Part shown: piece by piece, positions 1-7,105 of the stretch | Numbering within the stretch: position 1 is the stretch's first letter | How the letters are laid out: the number at the start of each line of letters is the position of its first letter | Assembly: GCA_003559395.1 (NCBI GenBank) | Contig: PWLL01000076.1 | Coordinates: forward strand, 1-12,534 | DNA: 12,534 bases | Reading direction: 5' to 3' | DNA from: Candidatus Iainarchaeum sp. | GTDB taxonomy: Archaea > Iainarchaeota > Iainarchaeia > Iainarchaeales > CSSED10-239 | Translations under genes and position numbers: made by a program | The notes under the pieces: generated by a model | Databases searched by the model: none | Told to the model about the DNA's origin: nothing | What the model saw: the letters and a program-made list of their open reading frames with translations, nothing else

Positions 1-2703
1 GTAGAAATTAGCTTGAAAGTAGAAGACTTATCTTTAGATGAACCTAGAATAGTTACAAAAACTGTAAATGTGTTTTTTGAAGAAGAAGATGATGATGACC
101 AAGATGATGATAGAATATTAACTTGTTCTTCTGGTCCAAACATAATTAATGGAGAAATAAATAATTTAGAACAATTATATTGTGTTCGTGAACATCTTGA
201 AGAAGAATTTGTACTTATGAGAGATTTGAATTTTAATGATTCTGATAGTTATTTTGGATCATTAAAATCAGAATGGATAACAGATGAAGGTTGGAACCCA
301 ATAGGAGGATATTATATCCCAGGAGGTCAATCTTGGGAAGAAGCAAATCCTTTTAATGGTATTTTTGATGGTCAAGGATATGCAATAAGTAATTTGTACA
401 TTAATCGTCCATCACAAGAAAGGCATACTACTCCTCAAGGATTATTTGGTCTTTTAGGGTCTACAGGAAATGTAAAAAATATAAATTTAAAACACGTTTC
501 TATTATAGGACACACATATGTTGGTGGTCTTGTTGGGTATAATGAAGGAGAAATAGATCAAGCATCTATGTTTGGAGAAATAACTGGTGTAAATTATGTT
601 GGTGGTCTTGTTGGGTACAATTATACTTCAGGAATAATATTTTCCTCTGAAATTCTTTATTTAAATTTAGTTAGAATGCCTCCACTACAGCCCGCTTATA
701 ATACGTTTGGTGGTATTGCAGGAAAAAATGAAGGATTAATTGCAAATTGTGTTGTAGGTTTAGATTATAGTGAAGGGTATAATTTTGAAATGAACAATAT
801 TAATGCAATCGATGAAACCTTTTATCAAACAAGATCAAATTTTTATATAGTTGGAGATAAAGGAAACGCTTATACTTATAACACAGAAGAAAGTGTTTGG
901 GAAAAAATAGATATTGGTTTTGATTCAAAAGATATTTATTCAATAAAAGGAATACAAACCGAGTTTATTGCTGTTGGGGAAGAAGGTTTTGCAACAAGAA
1001 GAACAAGACATACAGATTGGGAGGACATAGATATTAAGTTTAATGGAAACTCTGCAAGATCAATTGTTATATCAACAACTAATCCAACAAACCCTCCATT
1101 TGGTGATGTTGTTAAAACTTGGATTGTTGTTGGAGATAATGGAAATGCAAGTATTTCTAATAACGGTGTTGATTGGGATTCAATAAATATACGCTTTGGT
1201 GATTCTAACGCCAGAGATATTGCACACAGAAAAATTGGTGATGACGATGTTTGGATTGTTGTTGGATATGATGGAAAAGCAAGTAAATCTACTGACGGAA
1301 CAAATTGGAATCCAATAGATATAGGTTTTGATGAAAATAATGCACAAGCTATTGAACAATCAGATGGTACATGGATTGTTGTTGGATATGATGGAAAAGC
1401 AAGTATATCTACAAATAATGGGGGTAGCTGGACTTTAAAAGATATTAAATTTGATGACTCTAGAGCAAATTCTATATATTTTGGAGGAAAAAGTAATAAT
1501 CCAAAATGGATTGCTGTAGGAGATAATGGAAAAGCAAGTGTATCTACAAATAATGGAAATAGCTGGACTTTAAAAGATATTAAATTTGATCATATATCTG
1601 CAAAAGATACTATATTTATTGGAAGAGAAATTAATGACTGGATAACAGTAGGCGAACATGGAAGAATAAGTTATTCTTCAAATGCAGAAGATTGGACAAG
1701 TAAAGATGTAATTGTTAGATATGGAATTCGTTCTGGAGGCCGTTCTGGAGGCATTACTGGTGAAAATAATGGTACAATTACAGGTTCTGAAATTAAATCT
1801 GCTTTTATATATGGTGGAAGTGGGATAACAGCGTATAACAATGGTCAAATTCTGTATACATCAGCAAATACTTATAATACATCTGGTTTCGTAGCAATAA
1901 ACAATAATAAAATTACACAAAGTCATGCTAGTGGTTATACTATTGGTTTTTCTAATCTTGGTGGTTTTGTTTCAAGTAACAATGGTGATATATCTTATTC
2001 TTCTAGTAGTTCTAGAGTAGTAGGTCTCTGGGCTCAGGGGCCAAACGAAAGATATGGTGGTTTTGCTGGCGGTAATGGCGGGACTATTTCCAATAGTTTT
2101 TCAACAGGTGATGTTTCAGGTCATGATTATGTTGGTGGTTTTGTTGGAATGCTTTCGCGTGGAACAATATCTAATAGTTTTTCAACAGGCGATGTTTTAA
2201 GAGCTAGAGAAAGAATTGGTGGTTTTGTTGGAAGAAATATAAATCAGGGAACAATTACTGATTGTTATTCTTTAGGAGATATTTATGTTAGAACTCATCT
2301 TAATGGACCTTGGGATCCTGTACATATAGGTGGGTTTATGGGCACTGCTTATTTTACAGGGGATGGTGTAGTATACAATTCTTATTCTTTAGGTCGTGTA
2401 AAAACATTAGATTATATAGGCTATGATGGGGAAGTTCACTCTTTTGATGATCCTGCGGATAAAGGATTTACGGGATTAGATTTTAGAGGAAATAACAATT
2501 TTTGGAATAAAGACACTTCAAATCAAATAGAATCTGGTGGTGATGGAAGATATGAATCTCTTTCTGTTGTAGGAATAACTTCAGAAGATATGAAAAAAGT
2601 AAACACTTTTTCTAATTGGGATTTTAATGATGTGTGGGCTATTGAAGAAAATAGTACCTATCCATATTTACAAAACACAACACCAAATCCGTTAAGAAGA
2701 TAA
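1..2703 (+). CDS. Large GLUG-motif repeat (beta-helix-like) surface/adhesin-type protein with an embedded seven-blade BNR/Ycf48-like beta-propeller. The 5' end is probably cut by the window edge.
   Basis: Frame 1 is open from nt 1; the track's TTG at 13 is probably internal. GLUG-type motifs recur: YVGGLVGYN twice near 517-620, then GGFVS, GGFAG, YVGGFVGM, IGGFVGRN and IGGFMG in a roughly 26-27 aa periodicity at 1950-2400. The C-terminal tail (NFWNKDTS...WDFNDVWAIEENSTYPYLQ) is typical of the end of GLUG-domain arrays. An acidic run EEEDDDDQDDD lies near the N-terminus. The stop at 2701-2703 is followed by a T-rich tract. Confidence 0.8.
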   Translation, partial: VEISLKVEDLSLDEPRIVTKTVNVFFEEEDDDDQDDDRILTCSSGPNIINGEINNLEQLYCVREHLEEEFVLMRDLNFNDSDSYFGSLKSEWITDEGWNPIGGYYIPGGQSWEEANPFNGIFDGQGYAISNLYINRPSQERHTTPQGLFGLLGSTGNVKNINLKHVSIIGHTYVGGLVGYNEGEIDQASMFGEITGVNYVGGLVGYNYTSGIIFSSEILYLNLVRMPPLQPAYNTFGGIAGKNEGLIANCVVGLDYSEGYNFEMNNINAIDETFYQTRSNFYIVGDKGNAYTYNTEESVWEKIDIGFDSKDIYSIKGIQTEFIAVGEEGFATRRTRHTDWEDIDIKFNGNSARSIVISTTNPTNPPFGDVVKTWIVVGDNGNASISNNGVDWDSINIRFGDSNARDIAHRKIGDDDVWIVVGYDGKASKSTDGTNWNPIDIGFDENNAQAIEQSDGTWIVVGYDGKASISTNNGGSWTLKDIKFDDSRANSIYFGGKSNNPKWIAVGDNGKASVSTNNGNSWTLKDIKFDHISAKDTIFIGREINDWITVGEHGRISYSSNAEDWTSKDVIVRYGIRSGGRSGGITGENNGTITGSEIKSAFIYGGSGITAYNNGQILYTSANTYNTSGFVAINNNKITQSHASGYTIGFSNLGGFVSSNNGDISYSSSSSRVVGLWAQGPNERYGGFAGGNGGTISNSFSTGDVSGHDYVGGFVGMLSRGTISNSFSTGDVLRARERIGGFVGRNINQGTITDCYSLGDIYVRTHLNGPWDPVHIGGFMGTAYFTGDGVVYNSYSLGRVKTLDYIGYDGEVHSFDDPADKGFTGLDFRGNNNFWNKDTSNQIESGGDGRYESLSVVGITSEDMKKVNTFSNWDFNDVWAIEENSTYPYLQNTTPNPLRR
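841..1710 (+). repeat. Seven tandem coding repeats of about 40-45 aa (propeller blades) inside the GLUG protein
   Basis: The blade pattern (F/W)I(V/A)VG(D/Y/E)xGxAxxS(T/N)(D/N)xGxxW(T/D)xxDIxF recurs seven times, from FYIVGDKGNAY... to WITVGEHGRISYSSNAEDWT. STDGTNW, STNNGGSW and STNNGNSW resemble Asp-box/BNR motifs. Two pairs of DNA stretches are identical: 1252-1285 equals 1372-1405 (offset 120 nt), and 1426-1455 equals 1561-1590 (offset 135 nt). Confidence 0.75.
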
Positions 2704-2732
2704 TTTTTATCTTCTTTTTTATTTATTTTTTT
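2704..2732 (+). terminator. Oligo-T tract, putative archaeal intrinsic terminator after the GLUG protein gene
   Basis: tttttatcttcttttttatttatttttt lies immediately after the stop codon. Archaeal RNAP terminates at T-runs. The AT-rich background lowers specificity. Confidence 0.4.
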
Positions 2733-2775
2733 AATAAAAAAGTATTATATATGTTTCTTAACCTATATATTGTTA

Positions 2776-2781
2776 AGGTGA
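2776..2781 (+). promoter_or_regulatory. Shine-Dalgarno-like site (AGGTGA) for the small ORF at 2788
   Basis: aggtga lies 6 nt upstream of ATG 2788 and is complementary to the conserved 3' end of 16S rRNA. TATA-like attatatat at 2744-2752 lies about 25-30 nt further upstream. Confidence 0.5.
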
Positions 2782-2787
2782 TTAACT

Positions 2788-2991
2788 ATGTATGATAAAA
2801 CAATGAGAATTATATCTATTTTGTTTATTGTTTTTAGCATGTTGTTAGTATTCAATAGCTTTATAACTGTAAATTCTAAAGAAATAATCGAAACAGAAAC
2901 AATAGAAACAGAACACGATATATATCAATCAGATATAGACTACACAAAAGACATTGTTATAAAAAAAGGAAGAATAATTATTTTAAAGTAA
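2788..2991 (+). CDS. Small hypothetical membrane-anchored or secreted protein (67 aa)
   Basis: It has an ATG with a good SD. A hydrophobic N-terminal segment (IISILFIVFSMLLVFNSFI) is followed by an acidic tail (EIIETETIETEHD). The stop is only 6 nt before the next gene's ATG, which suggests an operon. I recognise no family. Confidence 0.5.
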   Translation: MYDKTMRIISILFIVFSMLLVFNSFITVNSKEIIETETIETEHDIYQSDIDYTKDIVIKKGRIIILK

Positions 2992-2997
2992 TCAAAA

Positions 2998-4029
2998 ATG
3001 ATATCAAAAGCAAAACTAATTGTAAGTAAGAAAAAACTTATAGATAACTATAAGCAACTACAAGAAATTTCAGACATTGTGTGCTATAGTGTAAAAACTA
3101 ACCCATATATAACAGAATACTTAGAAAAAAACACAAACACCCTGTTTTTGACACACCATATAAACGAACTAAAAAATATAAAAAACATAAACAATATCTG
3201 GTTTATGCTACATGGACCAGATATAGAAGAAATCAACTATATCTTTCAAAAAAAAATAAATAAGTTTATTGTTGATAATCCTTTAGATCTTAACTTTCTT
3301 TTAAAAATAATAGAAAAAAAACAAATAAAAATAGAACTACTACTAAGAATGAGACTAAAAGAATATACAGTAAACACAGGAAGATACTTTGTGTTCGGAA
3401 TGTATCCAAAAGAAATAAACCAAAATATAAAAAATCTTAAACAAAACAAACTTATAAAAAAAATAGGAATACACTTTCATAGAAAAACACAAAATATAGG
3501 AGAATGGTCACTAATAAGAGAACTTAATGACTCACTAACACAAGAAACCTGGAACAATATAGATGTTTTAGATATTGGAGGAGGAATTCCTGTAAAATAT
3601 AAAAACCTAACACAAATAACAATAGACAACATATATAACAAAATAAAACAACTAAAAGAATTTGTTAACAAAAAAAACATACAACTTATGATAGAGCCAG
3701 GAAGAGCAATCTGTGGAAGTGCAGGAAAACTAGAAACAAATATAAAAACCATCGTAAACAATAATATCTTTGTAGATGCTTCAGTTTTTAACTATCTTGA
3801 CCTTATTGAAAATGTAGTTAAATTTAATGTAGAAGGAGAAAAAGAAAAAGGAAACGCATATGTTATAAAAGGACTAACGCCTGCTTCAGAAGACATTTTT
3901 AGATATAGAGTATATCTTGATAATCCAAAGATTAATGACAAAATTGTTTTTCTAAACGCCGGAGCCTATCTGTTTGAAACCGATCTGTTTGGTTTAGGAA
4001 AAATACCAATAGTTTATGAAGATTTTTAA
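2998..4029 (+). CDS. Compact, divergent type III-fold PLP-dependent decarboxylase (Orn/DAP/Arg decarboxylase family). Candidate arginine or ornithine decarboxylase.
   Basis: YSVKTN carries the PLP-lysine motif (K33, nt 3094-3096). GIHFH corresponds to the HxGS region (HRKTQ here). DIGGGIP is the glycine loop, EPGRAI the EPGR motif, and NAGAY the GAY motif near the C-terminus. At 343 aa it is shorter than typical family members. It sits next to an agmatinase-family gene. Confidence 0.8.
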   Translation: MISKAKLIVSKKKLIDNYKQLQEISDIVCYSVKTNPYITEYLEKNTNTLFLTHHINELKNIKNINNIWFMLHGPDIEEINYIFQKKINKFIVDNPLDLNFLLKIIEKKQIKIELLLRMRLKEYTVNTGRYFVFGMYPKEINQNIKNLKQNKLIKKIGIHFHRKTQNIGEWSLIRELNDSLTQETWNNIDVLDIGGGIPVKYKNLTQITIDNIYNKIKQLKEFVNKKNIQLMIEPGRAICGSAGKLETNIKTIVNNNIFVDASVFNYLDLIENVVKFNVEGEKEKGNAYVIKGLTPASEDIFRYRVYLDNPKINDKIVFLNAGAYLFETDLFGLGKIPIVYEDF

Positions 4030-4041
4030 AAAAGAATATTT

Positions 4042-4890
4042 ATGAAATTTATGAAACTTCCAAAAGAATTTTGTTTAAAAGAAACAGCAAAAACATATAT
4101 ATTGCCTATATCCTACATCTCAAAAACAACAACCCCAACAAAAGCAAACAAAGGACCAGAAAAAATAATAGAAGCCTCATATGAGCTAGAATATTATGAC
4201 GAAGAACTAGATGTAGAACCATATGAAAAAGGAATCTTTCAAGAAGATATATTGTTTTTAGAAAAAATCTCAGAAAAAGTGATATATGAAAAAATAAAAG
4301 ATGTTAATCAGTTTTTGATAGTACTTGGTTCAGATCACTCAACAACACCATCCATAGTAAAAGCACTTGAAAAAAAACACAAAGACTTTGGAGTGATTAT
4401 CTTTGACGCACACTCAGACTTAAGAGAATCTGAAGAAGAACTTGGAGAACACGCATGTGTTTCTAGAAAAGTTTCAGAAAAACATAAAACACTTGTTTGT
4501 GGTGTAAGATCAATGGACGTTTATGATAAAGAATATCTAAAAGAAAATAAAAATATACAAATAATAAAGATGAAAGAACTTTATAGAAAAGATAACATCT
4601 ATCTAGAAGAATTACAACAACTAAAAGAACAACTAAAAAAACTACCTAAAAAAATATACATCTCAATAGATGTTGATGTTTTTGATTGTTCCTTTATAAG
4701 AAACACAGGCACACCAGAACCAGGAGGACTGTTCTGGCAACAACTAAACAATCTTTTAAAAACAATTTTTAAAGAAAAAGAAGTGATTGCTGTAGACGTT
4801 GTTGAATTTTCTCCAAAAGAAAATTATTTTTCAGAAAGTTATAGTCTTGCAAAGTTGGTATATAAGATGATAGGATATAAACACTATTAG
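4042..4890 (+). CDS. speB: Agmatinase / ureohydrolase (arginase superfamily)
   Basis: The Mn-binding signature motifs are present: GSDHSTT (GGDHS-like), FDAHSDLR (DAHxD), SIDVDVFD (SxDxDxxD), GTPEPGGL and VDVVEFSP. It starts 12 nt after the decarboxylase stop. Substrate within the family (agmatine versus aminopropylagmatine and others) cannot be decided from sequence by eye. Confidence 0.8.
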   Translation: MKFMKLPKEFCLKETAKTYILPISYISKTTTPTKANKGPEKIIEASYELEYYDEELDVEPYEKGIFQEDILFLEKISEKVIYEKIKDVNQFLIVLGSDHSTTPSIVKALEKKHKDFGVIIFDAHSDLRESEEELGEHACVSRKVSEKHKTLVCGVRSMDVYDKEYLKENKNIQIIKMKELYRKDNIYLEELQQLKEQLKKLPKKIYISIDVDVFDCSFIRNTGTPEPGGLFWQQLNNLLKTIFKEKEVIAVDVVEFSPKENYFSESYSLAKLVYKMIGYKHY

Positions 4891-4925
4891 TATCTTTTTA
4901 TATAAATAATGTTTCTGTGGCTTAG

Positions 4926-4983
4926 TTCTCTAAAAAGTATTCTTTTATTTTTATATTTAAAAATAAGAATGATTTTTTGAGAA
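4926..4983. other. Long imperfect AT-rich hairpin / inverted repeat in the agmatinase-tRNA spacer
   Basis: Pairings are ttctc(4926-4930)/gagaa(4979-4983), aaaaa(4932-4936)/ttttt(4973-4977), attc(4939-4942)/gaat(4967-4970) and ttattttta(4945-4953)/taaaaataa(4958-4966). The loop is tatt. It starts 36 nt after the agmatinase stop. Confidence 0.3.
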
Positions 4984-5110
4984 ACATGTACTCTCTTAAA
5001 CTTTTGTAAAGGTTTTCTTAAATTTTTATAATGTTGAATATCTTCTGTTTAAATGTTTAAAAATATTAGCTTTAAAAATAAAAGAACGTTTATAAATATT
5101 ATCTAACAAT

Positions 5111-5122
5111 ATATATATTATA
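5111..5122 (+). promoter_or_regulatory. TATA-box-like element for tRNA-Gly
   Basis: atatatattata is centred about 28 nt upstream of tRNA position 1 (5144), the canonical archaeal TATA-to-start spacing. A second TATA-like tttataaata lies further upstream, so the choice is ambiguous. Confidence 0.4.
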
Positions 5123-5143
5123 CAGAAACAGCTTTTTTACAAA

Positions 5144-5215
5144 GCATCTATAGTCTAGTGGTTAGGATGCCAGCCTTCCAAGCTGAGGACCCGGGTTCGA
5201 ATCCCGGTAGATGCA
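5144..5215 (+). tRNA. tRNA-Gly, anticodon UCC
   Basis: Hand-folded cloverleaf. The acceptor stem GCATCTA/TAGATGC has 7 perfect pairs. The D-arm is GTCT...GGAT. The anticodon stem is CCAGC/GCTGA (one C-A mismatch) with loop CT-TCC-AA. The variable loop is 4 nt. The T-arm is CCGGG-TTCGAAT-CCCGG and the discriminator is A. No CCA is encoded, and a T-run follows. Confidence 0.9.
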
Positions 5216-5288
5216 TTTTCTATTTTTATTAGCATATACTTTTAATGATTTATATATATAATATCTTTATAAGACTAAAGTGAACAAT

Positions 5289-5690
5289 ATGGAAAACTGT
5301 ATATTTTGTAAAATAATAAAAAAAGAACTTCCTTGTCATAAAATCTATGAAAATGAAAACGTTATAGCTTTTTTAGATCTTAATCCTGTTGTTAAAGCAC
5401 ATACCTTAGTTGTGCCCAAAAAACACTTTACTAACGTGCTAGACTGTGAAGAAGATTATCTTTTTGAAATAATGAAAGTTGTGAAAAAAATAAGCAACCA
5501 CTATAAAACAAAACTAAACTGCCAAGGAATAAACATACTAAACGCTTCAGGAAAAGCAGCACAACAATCTGTTTTTCATCTGCACTTTCATATACTTCCA
5601 AGATATGATGACGACCAAATAAATGTTTTTCCAAAAACAAACTATCAAAAAGAAGATTTAGAAAAACTTAGCTCAAGCCTAGAGATGTAG
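5289..5690 (+). CDS. HIT (histidine triad) family nucleotide hydrolase/transferase
   Basis: The histidine triad HLHFHILPR (HxHxHxx) lies near the C-terminus. The N-terminal CIFCKII and the AFLDLNP and HTLVVPKKH blocks are typical of Hint-like proteins. I prefer ATG 5289 (MENCIFC...) over the track's GTG at 5280. TATA-like tttatatatataata at 5249-5263 lies about 30 nt upstream, which implies a very short or absent leader. Confidence 0.88.
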   Translation: MENCIFCKIIKKELPCHKIYENENVIAFLDLNPVVKAHTLVVPKKHFTNVLDCEEDYLFEIMKVVKKISNHYKTKLNCQGINILNASGKAAQQSVFHLHFHILPRYDDDQINVFPKTNYQKEDLEKLSSSLEM

Positions 5691-5770
5691 GTTTATGAAA
5701 AAAATATATAAAAAAAATAATAAATATTTTTGTAATAGTAGTTTTTGCAATAATTATAAATGTGATAATT

Positions 5771-7105
5771 ATGAATCTTAAAGAAAAACCTCCAGAAAAT
5801 GTTTTTGAACCACAAATCGCAGGCACCTTTTATCCATCAAATAAACGTACGCTAGAAAAAGACTTGCAAAACTTTTTTGAAAATGCAGAAAACATCTACA
5901 AAAACCAAAACATAAAATCACTAATGGTACCACATGCAGGATATGATTTTTCAGGACAAACAGCCATGTATGGTTATAAGCTTTTATATCATGACCTTTT
6001 ATTAAGAACACAAGAAGACTATAAAGTAATCGTACTTGCACCATCACACACAGAATACTTTAAAGGAATAAAAGTTTTATCAAAAGATTTCTATAAAATA
6101 CCAGGAGAACACATAAAAATATATCAAAACCATAACCTAAAAGAACATATAGACAACCATGTTTTTGTAGGAGAACACGCAATAGAAGTACAACTTCCAT
6201 TTATAGACTTTATATTTAAAAAAGCAAACAAAAACTATTCTGTTTTGCCTATCTTGGTGGGAGAGATAGATAATCTTGAAGATGTTGTTCGATTTGTTGG
6301 ACATGAAATAGATGACCAAACAATCCTCATAATCTCATCAGACCTTTCACATTTTCTAAAGATGGAAGAAGCAAAAAAGAGAGATAGAAAAACAATTAAT
6401 CAGATTCTTTCAAAAAATATAACAGACATAGATGCTTGTGGTAAAAACCCAATAAAAATAGCCAACCAAATATTTAAAGAACAACAAACAAAAGAACTAA
6501 AATACACAAACTCAGGAGAAATGTATGACCAAGCTTCTGTTGTTGGTTATGTTTCTATTGCTTATTATGATTCTATAGAACAAAACAAACTTATAAGACT
6601 TGCAAAAAAAGCAATCTTTGATAAACTTCATAACAAAAAGCAAAACTACAAAGATCTAAAAGAAATAATGCCAGAAGAATATCTTAAAGAACAAGGCGTT
6701 TTTGTGACCTTATATAAAGATCAACAACTAAGAGGCTGTATAGGAAACATTCAAGCAGAAGGAACCATCTTTGAATCAGTTATAGAAAATGCAAAAAATG
6801 CAGCTTTTGGTGATCCTAGGTTTAGTTCTTTAACAAAGGATGAGTTTTTAGATGTTAGGCTAGAAGTTTCTATCTTGTCTACACCAAAACCATGTACACT
6901 AGAAGAGATTGATAAGGGAGACGGTGTTATCTTGAAGAAAGGGAGTCACTCTTCTGTTTATTTGCCACAAGTGTGGGCCCAAATAGAAGATAAAGATGTG
7001 TTTTTAGGCACTCTATGTGAAAAAGCAGGACTTTCTTATGATTGTTATAAATCAGATGTTTCTTTTGAAAAGTTCTCTGTAAAAATTATTGAGGAAAAAA
7101 GATGA
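5771..7105 (+). CDS. amrB/amrA: Fusion protein: AmmeMemoRadiSam system protein B (Memo-like) N-terminal domain plus protein A (AMMECR1-like) C-terminal domain
   Basis: The N-terminal part carries the Memo signatures PHAGY (5930-5944), APSH, SSDLSH and ACG, that is the His/His/Asp-His/Cys putative metal site. The C-terminal part, from roughly nt 6580, carries the AMMECR1 signatures GVFVTL...LRGCIGN (6728-6745), FGDPRF and SVYLPQV. I prefer ATG 5771 over the track's GTG 5762. Confidence 0.88.
   Translation: MNLKEKPPENVFEPQIAGTFYPSNKRTLEKDLQNFFENAENIYKNQNIKSLMVPHAGYDFSGQTAMYGYKLLYHDLLLRTQEDYKVIVLAPSHTEYFKGIKVLSKDFYKIPGEHIKIYQNHNLKEHIDNHVFVGEHAIEVQLPFIDFIFKKANKNYSVLPILVGEIDNLEDVVRFVGHEIDDQTILIISSDLSHFLKMEEAKKRDRKTINQILSKNITDIDACGKNPIKIANQIFKEQQTKELKYTNSGEMYDQASVVGYVSIAYYDSIEQNKLIRLAKKAIFDKLHNKKQNYKDLKEIMPEEYLKEQGVFVTLYKDQQLRGCIGNIQAEGTIFESVIENAKNAAFGDPRFSSLTKDEFLDVRLEVSILSTPKPCTLEEIDKGDGVILKKGSHSSVYLPQVWAQIEDKDVFLGTLCEKAGLSYDCYKSDVSFEKFSVKIIEEKR

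Noticed and set aside
3246-3761. Minus-strand ORFs 3246-3449 and 3477-3761 inside the decarboxylase gene
   Set aside because: These are antisense shadow ORFs of an A-rich coding strand. Their translations are F/L/I/S-rich low-complexity strings with no recognisable motifs. The plus-strand gene has clear family signatures.
4910-5130. 9-bp inverted repeat tgtttctgt (4910-4918) / acagaaaca (5122-5130) bracketing the spacer upstream of tRNA-Gly, considered as possible mobile-element termini
   Set aside because: A single 9-bp match in 12.5 kb of low-complexity AT-rich DNA is within chance expectation. There are no target-site duplications and no transposase or integrase between or near the repeats.
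4891-5288. Search for C/D-box sRNA, a second tRNA or a tRNA intron around the tRNA-Gly locus
   Set aside because: The spacers contain no RUGAUGA/CUGA box pairs. The tRNA folds as a continuous 72-nt cloverleaf with no bulge-helix-bulge insert.
5280-5288. Non-ATG starts proposed by the ORF track (GTG 5280, GTG 5762, TTG 11536, TTG 13)
   Set aside because: In each case an in-frame ATG a few codons downstream gives a more canonical N-terminus (MENCIFC for HIT, MNLKEK for Memo, MYLEKGK for AbiEi). For nt 13 the frame is open to the window edge, so the TTG is probably internal. The true starts remain uncertain by a few codons.
5431-6319. Minus-strand ORFs 5431-5640, 5778-6047 and 6137-6319
   Set aside because: They lie antisense to the well-supported HIT and Memo-AMMECR1 genes. 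They have no motifs and the composition typical of shadow frames.
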